Assembly (NCBI RefSeq): GCF_005871205.1 | Contig: NZ_SWKM01000014.1 | Span: 1-40,000 of the forward strand | From: Marinobacter alexandrii | GTDB taxonomy: Bacteria > Pseudomonadota > Gammaproteobacteria > Pseudomonadales > Oleiphilaceae | Length of the DNA stretch: 40,000 bases | Direction of reading: 5' to 3' | In this document: one piece after another, positions 23,717 through 33,669 of the stretch | Position numbering within the stretch: position 1 is the first letter of the stretch | Layout: every line of letters begins with the position of its first letter | Program-made: the position numbers and the translations under genes | Notes under the pieces: generated by a model | What the model was told of the DNA's origin: nothing | The model's input: only the letters and a program-made list of their open reading frames with translations | Databases searched by the model: none

Positions 23717-24046
23717 ATGAGAGTATCTACGTTTCCCCTAATTATTCTTTGCCTGTTCATGGGTTTCACCTTTTGGGTTATGGCCGGTGCAGAGCAGTCG
23801 CTTCTGGCCTTTGGTGCCCAGCTCATGTCGAGTCCAGATACAGCCCAGGTTGTTATCGATCTCTACATACTCGCTGCATTGGCTTGTGTCTGGATGTACC
23901 AGGATGGAAAAAGCCGTGGCAAAGGATGGGGCTACCTCCTTCCGTTTTTCATAGTGACAGCAATCTTCGTGTCTGCAGGGCCGCTGCTATATCTGGTGCT
24001 GCGTGGCGACCAGCGTGAGGCTGATGCCTCGCCTAGCAAGGTTTAA
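23717..24046 (+). CDS. DUF2834-like small membrane protein (paralogue of cassette gene 4019-4345)
   Basis: Same TCAATCAAGGAAGATCATG leader and same GTTAY-TTTCT 5' boundary as the cassette copy. The protein is nearly collinear with it. Confidence 0.75.
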   Translation: MRVSTFPLIILCLFMGFTFWVMAGAEQSLLAFGAQLMSSPDTAQVVIDLYILAALACVWMYQDGKSRGKGWGYLLPFFIVTAIFVSAGPLLYLVLRGDQREADASPSKV

Positions 24047-24133
24047 TTATCCATACCGTGATTTGGCTAATGGGCATCAAATGTTCTTCATGGGGTGTCT
24101 GATGGCTGAGGTTTTCAAACAGGGAAGTAGACT

Positions 24134-24229
24134 ATGAAGCATTCAGGAAGTTGTCTTTGCGGTGGCGTTCAGTTTGAAATACACGGTGCCCTCACCGATG
24201 TGCTCCCGCAGCATGCGGAGTACGACTGA
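24134..24229 (+). pseudogene. GFA-family gene fragment (31 codons)
   Basis: MKHSGSCLCGGVQFEIHG is a GFA N-terminus. The frame ends before the CHCxxC motif, and downstream frames carry only scraps. Confidence 0.4.
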
Positions 24230-24330
24230 GCTGGCGGAATCAATCTATGTAATGCGGATGGATTTCAGTCAAGCCTTCGTCTCGCCCACATACAACTATA
24301 ATCGTATGGAACCTTTAGGGAGGGAGAGAG

Positions 24331-24756
24331 ATGGGCACTTGCTACAACAAAATCGAAATAAATTCGTCGGCTGATAAGGTCTGGAATACGGTTTCTAACT
24401 TTCACGATATGTCCTGGGCACCGGATGTTATTGCCTCGCTGTCAAAGGTGGGAGAAAAAGGTGGCCATGAAGTAGGTGCAAAGAGAGTTCTTAATGAAGC
24501 CATTCATGAAACTTTGATCGAAATCGATCCGCAGCGAAGAACCTTTTCATACAGCATTGATGATGGCCCCGGACCGGTATCGAAAGATGCGGTGAGCAAT
24601 TACAAAGGTGTCGTCAAGGTGACTGAATCTGACAACGGTTGCCTGGTGGAGTGGTCATCGACATTTGAATCGGAGAACGATAATGAGGTCTCGGAATTTT
24701 GCGATCCAATCTATATGGCGTTGCTCAATGCACTGAAAAAAGCTGCAGAGCACTAG
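24331..24756 (+). CDS. SRPBCC (Bet v1-like/polyketide cyclase) family protein
   Basis: The 141 aa size and the pattern IEINSSADKVWNTVSNFHDMSWAP...SYSIDDGP fit the family. Confidence 0.65.
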   Translation: MGTCYNKIEINSSADKVWNTVSNFHDMSWAPDVIASLSKVGEKGGHEVGAKRVLNEAIHETLIEIDPQRRTFSYSIDDGPGPVSKDAVSNYKGVVKVTESDNGCLVEWSSTFESENDNEVSEFCDPIYMALLNALKKAAEH

Positions 24757-24785
24757 ATATTTTAGAGCAATTTGAAGGCCGATGA

Positions 24786-25082
24786 ATGATGATTGGTTTG
24801 TTATTGCTACTTCTGCCGCCTGTGGTCTATTTGGCTTCACTGTCGTTCTCTGGGAAGTTTGAGCCCTTGTTGCGTTGGCTGTATCGAATAGTCGGTGCGA
24901 TCATCGTATTTTGTGGCAGCGCAACATCCTATTATTTTGCGGCCTACACGGGCGATCAGGGCGGTATCGCGGCCTTCTTTTTTCAGCTTTTCGTTATTGC
25001 TGCATTTACTTTGTTTGTCGCCGTGTTGTTGGCGATAAATTGGTTAATGCGCAAAGGGAAACAGAAGAATTCTGGAGCCTGA
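24786..25082 (+). CDS. small membrane protein (98 aa)
   Basis: Three hydrophobic helices. No recognisable family. Confidence 0.5.
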   Translation: MMIGLLLLLLPPVVYLASLSFSGKFEPLLRWLYRIVGAIIVFCGSATSYYFAAYTGDQGGIAAFFFQLFVIAAFTLFVAVLLAINWLMRKGKQKNSGA

Positions 25083-25157
25083 CTAACGGCTTTCAGCAGG
25101 CGTTGTTTCTCGACGTGTACCGTTAACCCTTAACTGCCCGAAGATATCAATTGACCC

Positions 25158-25694
25158 ATGATTACGACAGAACGGCTGCTACTGCGCCAATGGGATGATG
25201 CCGATCTCCAGCCATTTGCAGAGATGTGTAGAGATAGCGAGGTAATGGAGTTCTTCCCGCAGCTGTTAACTGAGGTGGAAAGCTACAGGCTGGCTAACAG
25301 GATGCGATCTCTCATTGCCGATCGTGGCTGGGGGTTCTGGGCACTCGAGGTTCCAGGTCAAGCCAGGTTCATAGGTTATGTTGGCTTGCACATTCCCCGG
25401 GCATCGATGCCGTTTCATCCGTGTGTTGAGGTGGGCTGGCGATTGGCCAAAGAATATTGGGGCCGGGGCTATGCCACAGAGGCTGCGAGAGCGTCGCTGG
25501 ACTATGCTTTTGCCCATCTCGATTTGAAAGAGGTGGTGTCTTTTACCACTATCCGAAACCTTCGCTCCCAGGCGGTTATGAAAAAGATTGGCATGACCTT
25601 TGACAGGCATTTCATGCACCCGGATCTGGATGTGTCCAGCCCGCTAAGGGAGCACGTTCTGTATAAGGTAAGCGCAGCGCAGCATCTTGGTTAA
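25158..25694 (+). CDS. GNAT N-acetyltransferase (RimJ/RimL-like)
   Basis: ITTERLLLRQW... and WGRGYATEAARASLDYAF are typical of Acetyltransf_3 proteins. Confidence 0.8.
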   Translation: MITTERLLLRQWDDADLQPFAEMCRDSEVMEFFPQLLTEVESYRLANRMRSLIADRGWGFWALEVPGQARFIGYVGLHIPRASMPFHPCVEVGWRLAKEYWGRGYATEAARASLDYAFAHLDLKEVVSFTTIRNLRSQAVMKKIGMTFDRHFMHPDLDVSSPLREHVLYKVSAAQHLG

Positions 25695-25734
25695 AACCAT
25701 TTGCCCTTGCCTTCGTGTGTACGTCCAATAGACT

Positions 25735-25783
25735 AATAACAGCTGTCGGCCAGGTTTCTTCGGCCCAGGCCGCAGCGTGAAAG
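25735..25783 (+). other. compact attC-like hairpin (core reads GTG)
   Basis: AATAAC-AGCTG-T-CGGCC..loop..GGCCG-CAGC-G-TGAAAG. The arms pair with single extrahelical bases. It could equally be a plain hairpin. Confidence 0.3.
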
Positions 25784-25791
25784 CCTCAAGA

Positions 25792-26736
25792 ATGAACCAA
25801 CGACCAAGAGGAATGGCCGTGTTTCCAATTTCCCGCTTTCGCCGCGCCGCGGCTTTGACCCTTCTGGCACTCGCCGGGCCGACAATGGCTGCGGACCCGG
25901 TAGTGGTATCGTCCAAGATCGATACCGAGGGCGCCGTGCTGGGCCAGATGGTACTGCAATCCCTGGAAAAGGCCGGTATTCCGGTTGAGAACCGAATCCA
26001 GCTGGGGGCAACTAACATTGTTCGTAATGCCATCAAGGCGGGTGAAATAGACCTTTACCCGGAGTACACCGGCAACGCGGCTTTCTTTCATGATCAGGCG
26101 GACAGGGATATCTGGAAGGATGCCGATAAGGCGTACGAGCAGGCGGCAAGCTTGGATAAAGAAGCACACAACATCGTCTGGCTGACGCCAGCCAAGGCCA
26201 ACAACACCTGGGCCATGAGTGTGCGCGGGGATCTGGCGCGGGAGAACAATCTGGAGACGCTTGAGGATCTTGCGAATTACGTTAACAACGGTGGCGCCTT
26301 CAAGTTTGCGGCCAGCGCCGAGTTTGTCGAATCCGCAAGTGCGTTGCCGGCGTTCCAGAAGGCCTACGGCTTCACGCTGAATTCTGACCAGTTACTGGTT
26401 CTCTCCGGCGGCAACACCGCCGCGACAATTCGGGCCGCAGCCCTGAACAACAACGACGTAAATGGTGCCATGACCTACGGCACCGATGGCGGCCTCAACG
26501 CGCTTGACCTGAAGGTGATGGATGACACTCTCGGCGTTCAGCCGGTTTACCAGCCTGCGCCCATCGTGCGCGCCGAGGTTTTGGAAGCCTATCCGAAGAT
26601 TCGTGAGGTTCTCGAACCCATCTTCGAATCCCTGGACCTGGAAACCCTTCAACGCCTGAATGGGCAGGTCGCGGTAAACGGTGTGCTGGCCGAGCAAGTG
26701 GCCCGGGACTATCTGGAATCCCTGGGCCAGGACTGA
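25792..26736 (+). CDS. yehZ: osmoprotectant (glycine betaine-type) ABC transporter substrate-binding protein, YehZ/OsmF-like
   Basis: VVSSKIDTEGAVLGQMVLQSLEKAGIPVENRIQLGATNIVRNAIKAGEIDLYPEYTGNAAFF parallels E. coli YehZ. Signal peptide present. The start could be 25777 or 25813. Confidence 0.8.
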   Translation: MNQRPRGMAVFPISRFRRAAALTLLALAGPTMAADPVVVSSKIDTEGAVLGQMVLQSLEKAGIPVENRIQLGATNIVRNAIKAGEIDLYPEYTGNAAFFHDQADRDIWKDADKAYEQAASLDKEAHNIVWLTPAKANNTWAMSVRGDLARENNLETLEDLANYVNNGGAFKFAASAEFVESASALPAFQKAYGFTLNSDQLLVLSGGNTAATIRAAALNNNDVNGAMTYGTDGGLNALDLKVMDDTLGVQPVYQPAPIVRAEVLEAYPKIREVLEPIFESLDLETLQRLNGQVAVNGVLAEQVARDYLESLGQD

Positions 26737-26739
26737 GGT

Positions 26740-27927
26740 TTGCCCGTTACCAAACCCGCTTTCAACCTAATGGTGCCGAATCGGGTCGTTCCAGCCTTGG
26801 GTGTGCTTGCCCTCGCGCTGGTCTGGCTACTCGATGTTGGCTCCATACAACCTAACCGCATTGTTCCCGGTACCGGCCATGGCCTGCTGTCAGCTGTTGG
26901 ATGGCTGGGGGCAGGGCTGGTCACCCTGACACTGGCTGCGTCCATCCTGATTTCCGTCTTGCCGTTGCGGCGGCGATATTCACTTCTTCTTGGTGTCGTG
27001 GGCCTTTCGCTGGCAGCCTTGCCTTTGCTGCTCGACATGTTTGCCGGCCGCCATCTGCCAGAGGCATCGCCCTATGCGCGCTCGACCATTGCTTCGGGTT
27101 TCTGGTGCTTGCTGTTTCTGTTGTCACTGATGCTGATTGAGATCCTTAGTCGGCTCCGGGCCGGACGTGCGCTGCAGCTCATGCTGTTGGTGCTGATTGT
27201 TGGAAGCTGGCTGGTGCTGTTGCGTGGTGATGGCCTGGCGAGCCTTTCACTGGTGCGGGAATTCAATGCCCGGCCGGATAAGTTTGAGCAGGCGCTGTGG
27301 ACGCATCTGGCGCTGGCCTTCGGTGCTGTGGCAGTCAGTGCCTGCCTGGCGTTTGTTCTGGCGCTGAAAATGATCCGCAGTCCTGCCTGGCAGAGGCCTC
27401 TTCTTGGCGCCGTCAGTTTTCTGCAAACCATCCCCAGCCTGGCGGTGTTTGGCCTTTTGATTGCGCCTCTGGGGGCGCTGTCGTCGGCGTTCCCGTTGCT
27501 GCAGTCGCTGGGTATTCGGGGCATTGGCTGGGCGCCGGCACTGCTGGCACTGATCGCCTACAGCCTGCTGCCGATGGTGCGAAATACCTTCGTTGCGATC
27601 ACCGAAGTTCCGGAAAACCTGGCCGATGCTGGCCGGGGCATGGGCATGACCGAGCGGCAGTTGTTCTTCCAACTGAAATTACCCTTGGCGCTGCCGGTGA
27701 TCATCGAGGGTGTGCGCATTACTACCATTCAGGCCATTGGCCTGACGGCGGTCGCTGCCTTGATCGGTGCAGGCGGTTTTGGAGGGTTTATCTTTCAGGG
27801 GCTGGGGCAGGCGGCAATGGATCTGGTTTTGTTGGGCGCCTTGCCCACCATCGCGCTTGCGCTGCTGGCGGATGCCTTATTTACGATGCTTGCTGACAGT
27901 CTCAAGCCGACGCCGGCGGCAACCTGA
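26740..27927 (+). CDS. yehY: osmoprotectant ABC transporter permease, YehY-like (long form)
   Basis: Polytopic membrane protein with a BPD-type EAA loop (ENLADAGRGMGMTERQLFFQLKLPLALP). Position matches the yehZYXW order. Confidence 0.8.
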   Translation: MPVTKPAFNLMVPNRVVPALGVLALALVWLLDVGSIQPNRIVPGTGHGLLSAVGWLGAGLVTLTLAASILISVLPLRRRYSLLLGVVGLSLAALPLLLDMFAGRHLPEASPYARSTIASGFWCLLFLLSLMLIEILSRLRAGRALQLMLLVLIVGSWLVLLRGDGLASLSLVREFNARPDKFEQALWTHLALAFGAVAVSACLAFVLALKMIRSPAWQRPLLGAVSFLQTIPSLAVFGLLIAPLGALSSAFPLLQSLGIRGIGWAPALLALIAYSLLPMVRNTFVAITEVPENLADAGRGMGMTERQLFFQLKLPLALPVIIEGVRITTIQAIGLTAVAALIGAGGFGGFIFQGLGQAAMDLVLLGALPTIALALLADALFTMLADSLKPTPAAT

Positions 27928-27948
27928 TATTGGAAAGGACTTGCCTGG

Positions 27949-28896
27949 ATGATTGAACTGAAACATGTCACCCGGCGCTTCGGCAATACCGTCGCCGTGG
28001 ACAACATCAACCTGACCATTGAGACCGGCGAGGTCTGCGTGCTGGTAGGCAGCTCCGGCTGTGGCAAGTCCACCACGCTGCGGATGATCAATCGCCTGTT
28101 GCCTCATAGTGCCGGCGAGATTCTGGTGGATGGTGAGGACGTAACCGCCATGAATCCGGAGCAACTGCGCCTGAATATGGGTTACGTGATTCAGGGGACA
28201 GGACTGTTTCCCCACTGGACGGTGGCACGCAACATCGCCATGGTCCCTCACTTGTTGAAGTGGCCAAAGGAGCGGATTGATGCGCGCGTGGAGGAGCTCA
28301 TGACCTTGCTGGATCTTGATCCAGCTTCTCACGCCAGCAAATATCCCCAGCAACTCTCTGGTGGTCAGGCCCAACGGGTAGGTGTGGCCAGGGCACTGGC
28401 GGCAGACCCCAACATACTGTTGATGGATGAACCCTTTGGCGCGCTGGATGCTATCACCCGGGATAACCTGCAGATGGAGATGCTGCGGATTCAGAAGCAG
28501 GTTCGTAAAACCACGGTGTTCGTGACTCACGATATCGATGAAGCCCTGAAGCTGGCCACCCGTATTGCCGTGATGGACCAGGGCCGCATCATCCAGCACG
28601 ACACGCCAGAGAATATTCTCCGGCATCCCGCCTCGGACTTTGTTGAGAACCTCGTGGGCAAGCAAGATCGTGGCCTGAAGCTGATGAGCCTGCGGCCAGT
28701 GCGTGACCTGATGCAGCCCCACGCCGAGCCAAAGCATTCGGAAGCCGGGGAGGGTGGGGTCAACGAGGAGGACAGCCTGCGCCAGGCGTTGTCCGTTATG
28801 CTCTGGAAGGACTTGCCTGAAGTGGTGGTGTTCAACGCACGTGGTCTGGAAACCGGTGTCATTACCCGCGCAAGCATCATTCAGGAAGGCGTCTGA
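27949..28896 (+). CDS. yehX: osmoprotectant ABC transporter ATP-binding protein, YehX-like
   Basis: Walker A GSSGCGKST, signature LSGGQAQR, Walker B ILLMDEP. Confidence 0.9.
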   Translation: MIELKHVTRRFGNTVAVDNINLTIETGEVCVLVGSSGCGKSTTLRMINRLLPHSAGEILVDGEDVTAMNPEQLRLNMGYVIQGTGLFPHWTVARNIAMVPHLLKWPKERIDARVEELMTLLDLDPASHASKYPQQLSGGQAQRVGVARALAADPNILLMDEPFGALDAITRDNLQMEMLRIQKQVRKTTVFVTHDIDEALKLATRIAVMDQGRIIQHDTPENILRHPASDFVENLVGKQDRGLKLMSLRPVRDLMQPHAEPKHSEAGEGGVNEEDSLRQALSVMLWKDLPEVVVFNARGLETGVITRASIIQEGV

Positions 28897-29648
28897 TGCG
28901 AATCTGGCTGCCTCCTGCGTTATTTGCCGCTCTGCTGTTCGGATTGAGCGTCGGGATGCCGGTATTGGAGCCGTTGTTTCAGTGGCTTCAGCCCGACAAG
29001 CAGCGAGTGGTCTATGAGCGGGAGAGCTTTCTGTTCCTGCTGCAAAATCACCTGCTGCTGGTAGCTGTGTCTGCCGCTGTTGGCACATTCGTGGCGGTGG
29101 CCGGTGGAATCTTCGCTACCCGTCCCTCGGGCCGTGATTTCCTGCCCCTGGTTAGTCAGGTGGCTTCCATTGGCCAGACTTTCCCTCCGGTGGCGGTCCT
29201 GGCGCTGGCGGTGCCGGTGCTCGGCTTTGGTGAGGCGCCAATCCTCGTCGCCTTGATCCTGTACGGCTTACTGCCCATTCTGCGCAACACCCTGGCGGGC
29301 CTGGAAGGCATTGATCCCACCGTGCGCGAGGCTGCACGAGGCATGGGCATGTCATCGGGGCAGGTATTGTTTCGGGCAGAGTTACCGTTGGCAGGGAGGG
29401 TGATCCTGGCTGGCATCCGGACTTCAGTCACCATCAACATCGCCACTGCAGCCATTGGCTCAACCATAGGCGCGCGTACTCTGGGAGATCCGGTCATTGC
29501 CGGGCTGGTGAATGGCAACACAGCCTACGTGTTGCAGGGGGCCATTCTGATTGGGCTGCTGGCCCTCACCACCGATAGTTTGTTCGAGGCACTGGAGCGG
29601 ACCTGGGACCGTCGGTTTTCGCCTCAGGTGGCCACTATGAGCCTTTGA
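28896..29648 (+). CDS. yehW: osmoprotectant ABC transporter permease, YehW-like
   Basis: EAA loop PTVREAARGMGMSSGQVLFRAELPLA. The start overlaps the upstream stop (ATGA). Confidence 0.85.
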   Translation: MRIWLPPALFAALLFGLSVGMPVLEPLFQWLQPDKQRVVYERESFLFLLQNHLLLVAVSAAVGTFVAVAGGIFATRPSGRDFLPLVSQVASIGQTFPPVAVLALAVPVLGFGEAPILVALILYGLLPILRNTLAGLEGIDPTVREAARGMGMSSGQVLFRAELPLAGRVILAGIRTSVTINIATAAIGSTIGARTLGDPVIAGLVNGNTAYVLQGAILIGLLALTTDSLFEALERTWDRRFSPQVATMSL

Positions 29649-29761
29649 AATCGGCTTTGCGCCCGAGGTTGCGAGTCTAATAATCTTATTAAAAATTTAA
29701 GTTAAATTTAAGCTTCTTGAAAGGTTGCAGATACTATCCATTGCTTCTAAAGTTGGTCACG

Positions 29762-29777
29762 ACTTAATCAATTAAGT
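29762..29777. promoter_or_regulatory. candidate operator half-palindrome pair (site 1)
   Basis: ACTTAATCAATTAAGT is 14 of 16 symmetric and related to site 2. Confidence 0.4.
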
Positions 29778-29896
29778 AGTGATTTCATTGATCCAATTTT
29801 CGATAGCTGAATGTCCAGGATACACAGCGTCGAGCTTGAACCGAGTGTCAGGATTAGTTCCATCGGTGAGGGCAACGATTTTTTTTAGCCTTTAAA

Positions 29897-29912
29897 ACTT
29901 AATGCATTAAGT
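29897..29912. promoter_or_regulatory. candidate operator, perfect 16-bp palindrome (site 2)
   Basis: ACTTAATGCATTAAGT lies 53 nt upstream of the porin start. Confidence 0.45.
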
Positions 29913-29922
29913 CAACGATTAG

Positions 29923-31368
<1,446 letters not shown>

Positions 31369-31398
31369 GACAAACAACAACAAAATGAGGTAACTGTT

Positions 31399-32670
31399 AT
31401 GTCTCGTTTTACGATCAAACACTTGATGTTCGGCGGTGCGGCTGTCTGCCTTCTCGCCGGTGGCTTGCACGCCAAAACCGTCACCATTTCGTGTGGTGCA
31501 GTGGGTGCCGAGCGCCAACTCTGTGAAGAAGGCACTCGTTTGTGGTCGGAAAAAACCGGTCATGATGTGCAGGTGGTGTCTACGCCAAACTCGGCCACTG
31601 AGCGCCTGTCACTTTATCAGCAGTTGCTCGCTGCCCAGTCCGGTGATGTCGACGTTTTCCAGATTGATGTGGTTTGGCCGGGCATGCTGGCCAATCACAT
31701 GATTGATCTGTCCGAGTACACCGAGGGAACTGAGAGCGACCATTTCCAGCCCTTGATCCGTAACAACACTGTGGATGGCAAGCTGGTGGCCATGCCCTGG
31801 TTTACCGATGCCGGCGTTCTCTATTACCGCAAGGATCTGCTCGAAAAGTACGGCCAGTCAGTGCCGGAGACCTGGGAGCAACTGACCACCACGGCTGAGA
31901 CAGTGATGGCCGCAGAGCGTGAAGCCGGTCAGGACAAGTTCTGGGGCTTTGTGTGGCAGGGCAGGGCTTATGAAGGTTTGACCTGTGATGCCCTGGAATG
32001 GGTGGCCAGTTACAACGGCGGTACCATTGTGAATGCCGAAGGTGATGTGACTATCAACAACCCTCAGGCCCGGAAAGCCCTGGCGTTGGCGAGTGAATGG
32101 ATTGGCACCATTTCTCCCCAGAGTGTGCTCAATTACACCGAAGAGGAAGCCCGCGGGGTATTCCAGTCCGGCAACGCCCTGTTCATGCGCAACTGGCCTT
32201 ATGCCTGGAGCCTGGCCCAGAGCGATGACAGCCCGGTGAAGGGAAAGGTTGGTGTGGTCGCCTTGCCCCGCGGCGGCGAGAATGGCCGGCATGCGGGTAC
32301 TCTGGGTGGCTGGCAGCTGGCGGTGTCAAAGTACTCTGACGACGCCCCGCTGGCGGCCGATCTGGTGCGTTACCTGACCAGCTATGAGGAGCAGAAGCGT
32401 CGGGCAATACAGGGCAGTTACAACCCAACCATTCCCGCGTTGTACAAAGATGACGAGGTTTTGGCGGCGGTTCCGTTCTTTGGCGAATTGTTCGAAACCT
32501 TCAAGAATGGGGTTCCCCGTCCTTCCTCCGTGACCGGTGAGAAATACGGGCGGGTATCCAATGCTTTCTTCAACAGTGTGCACGATGTGTTGTCGGGCGA
32601 TGCGAACCCGGAACAGGCGCTGAGTGGCCTGGAACGCGATCTTCGTCGTCTGAGCCGTCGGGGCTGGTAA
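31399..32670 (+). CDS. aglE: sugar ABC transporter substrate-binding protein (alpha-glucoside, AglE/ThuE-like)
   Basis: Signal peptide, family-1 SBP pattern (DVFQIDVVWPG, PWFTDAGVLYYRKDLL), and synteny with aglEFGAK. Confidence 0.75.
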   Translation: MSRFTIKHLMFGGAAVCLLAGGLHAKTVTISCGAVGAERQLCEEGTRLWSEKTGHDVQVVSTPNSATERLSLYQQLLAAQSGDVDVFQIDVVWPGMLANHMIDLSEYTEGTESDHFQPLIRNNTVDGKLVAMPWFTDAGVLYYRKDLLEKYGQSVPETWEQLTTTAETVMAAEREAGQDKFWGFVWQGRAYEGLTCDALEWVASYNGGTIVNAEGDVTINNPQARKALALASEWIGTISPQSVLNYTEEEARGVFQSGNALFMRNWPYAWSLAQSDDSPVKGKVGVVALPRGGENGRHAGTLGGWQLAVSKYSDDAPLAADLVRYLTSYEEQKRRAIQGSYNPTIPALYKDDEVLAAVPFFGELFETFKNGVPRPSSVTGEKYGRVSNAFFNSVHDVLSGDANPEQALSGLERDLRRLSRRGW

Positions 32671-32676
32671 GTCATC

Positions 32677-33669
32677 ATGGCACATTCAACTTCGGCACCT
32701 GCAGAAACTGAAGCGCTCGGCACATCGCCGGTCGCTTCGTCCACCGCTCACCGGCGGCCCAGCAGAATTCACCGGCAGCGCCTGTTCGCAGCGTGGATGT
32801 TCCTGATTCCCATGCTGCTTGTGCTGGCTGCGGTGGCTGGCTGGCCTCTGCTGCGCACCATCTGGTTCAGTTTCACCGACGCCAGTTTCTCAAACATCAG
32901 CGAATACAGCTGGGTGGGGTTGGAGAACTATCTGGTCTATGAGGACGGCCTGTGGTTCGGTGTGCTTGCCGACCCCGCCTGGTGGCAATCGGTATGGAAC
33001 ACGTTGTTCTTCACGGTGGTTTCCGTGGGTGCGGAAACCGTCCTCGGGCTGATCATCGCCCTGACCCTGAATGCCCAGTTCCGAGGCCGGGGGCTGATCC
33101 GGGCTGCCACGCTTATTCCCTGGGCTGTGCCCACCATTGTTTCGGCCAAGATGTGGGGCTGGATGCTGCATGACCAGTTCGGAATCATCAACGACATGCT
33201 GATGACCCTGGGCATCATTGCCGAGCCCCTGAACTGGACCGCCAATGCTGACCTGTCGATGTGGGCAGTGATCATGGTGGATGTCTGGAAAACAACACCC
33301 TTCATGGCCCTGCTGACATTGGCAGCCCTGCAAATGTTGCCTTCGGACTGTTACGAGGCGGCAAAAGTGGACGGAATCCATCCGGTGAGCGTGTTCTTCA
33401 AGGTGACCTTGCCGTTGATCATGCCGGCCCTGATGGTGGCCATTATCTTCCGGGTTCTGGATGCCTTGCGAGTCTTTGATGTGATCTATGTGCTCACGTC
33501 CAACAGTGAGGACACCATGTCGATGTCGGTTTACGCCCGGCAGCAATTGGTGCAGTTCCAGGATGTGGGGTATGGCTCGGCGGCGTCCACTGTGTTGTTC
33601 CTGATTATCGCGCTGCTAACTATCAGTTACCTGTACCTTGGCCGTAAGAAAATCGGAGGCGAATCATGA
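32677..33669 (+). CDS. aglF: sugar ABC transporter permease (AglF-like)
   Basis: MalF-type permease with EAA loop CYEAAKVDGIHPVSVFFKVTLPL. Confidence 0.8.
   Translation: MAHSTSAPAETEALGTSPVASSTAHRRPSRIHRQRLFAAWMFLIPMLLVLAAVAGWPLLRTIWFSFTDASFSNISEYSWVGLENYLVYEDGLWFGVLADPAWWQSVWNTLFFTVVSVGAETVLGLIIALTLNAQFRGRGLIRAATLIPWAVPTIVSAKMWGWMLHDQFGIINDMLMTLGIIAEPLNWTANADLSMWAVIMVDVWKTTPFMALLTLAALQMLPSDCYEAAKVDGIHPVSVFFKVTLPLIMPALMVAIIFRVLDALRVFDVIYVLTSNSEDTMSMSVYARQQLVQFQDVGYGSAASTVLFLIIALLTISYLYLGRKKIGGES

Noticed and set aside
24162-24374. 70-codon ORF overlapping the GFA stub and the SRPBCC gene start
   Set aside because: There is no RBS and no recognisable family. It overlaps the well-supported 24331 start and is probably debris of the decayed GFA gene in a shifted frame.
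25084-25110. CTAACGGCTTTCAGCAGGCGTTGTT after the 24786-25082 ORF as a mini attC
   Set aside because: It is only a 6-7 bp stem with no distinguishing arms. That is too short to separate from a chance hairpin, so it is mentioned only as weak context for the decayed-array idea.
27877-29088. Long antisense ORFs: 27877-29088 (403 aa), 30343-31563 (406 aa), 12193-13248 (351 aa), 5749-6516, 20086-20946, 34695-35519, 37197-38090
   Set aside because: They lie opposite strongly supported genes (ABC ATPase, porin, intron RT, transposase, peptidase, glucosidase, LacI regulator) in GC-rich sequence. Their products are Arg/Pro/Gly-rich with no motifs. These are typical shadow ORFs.
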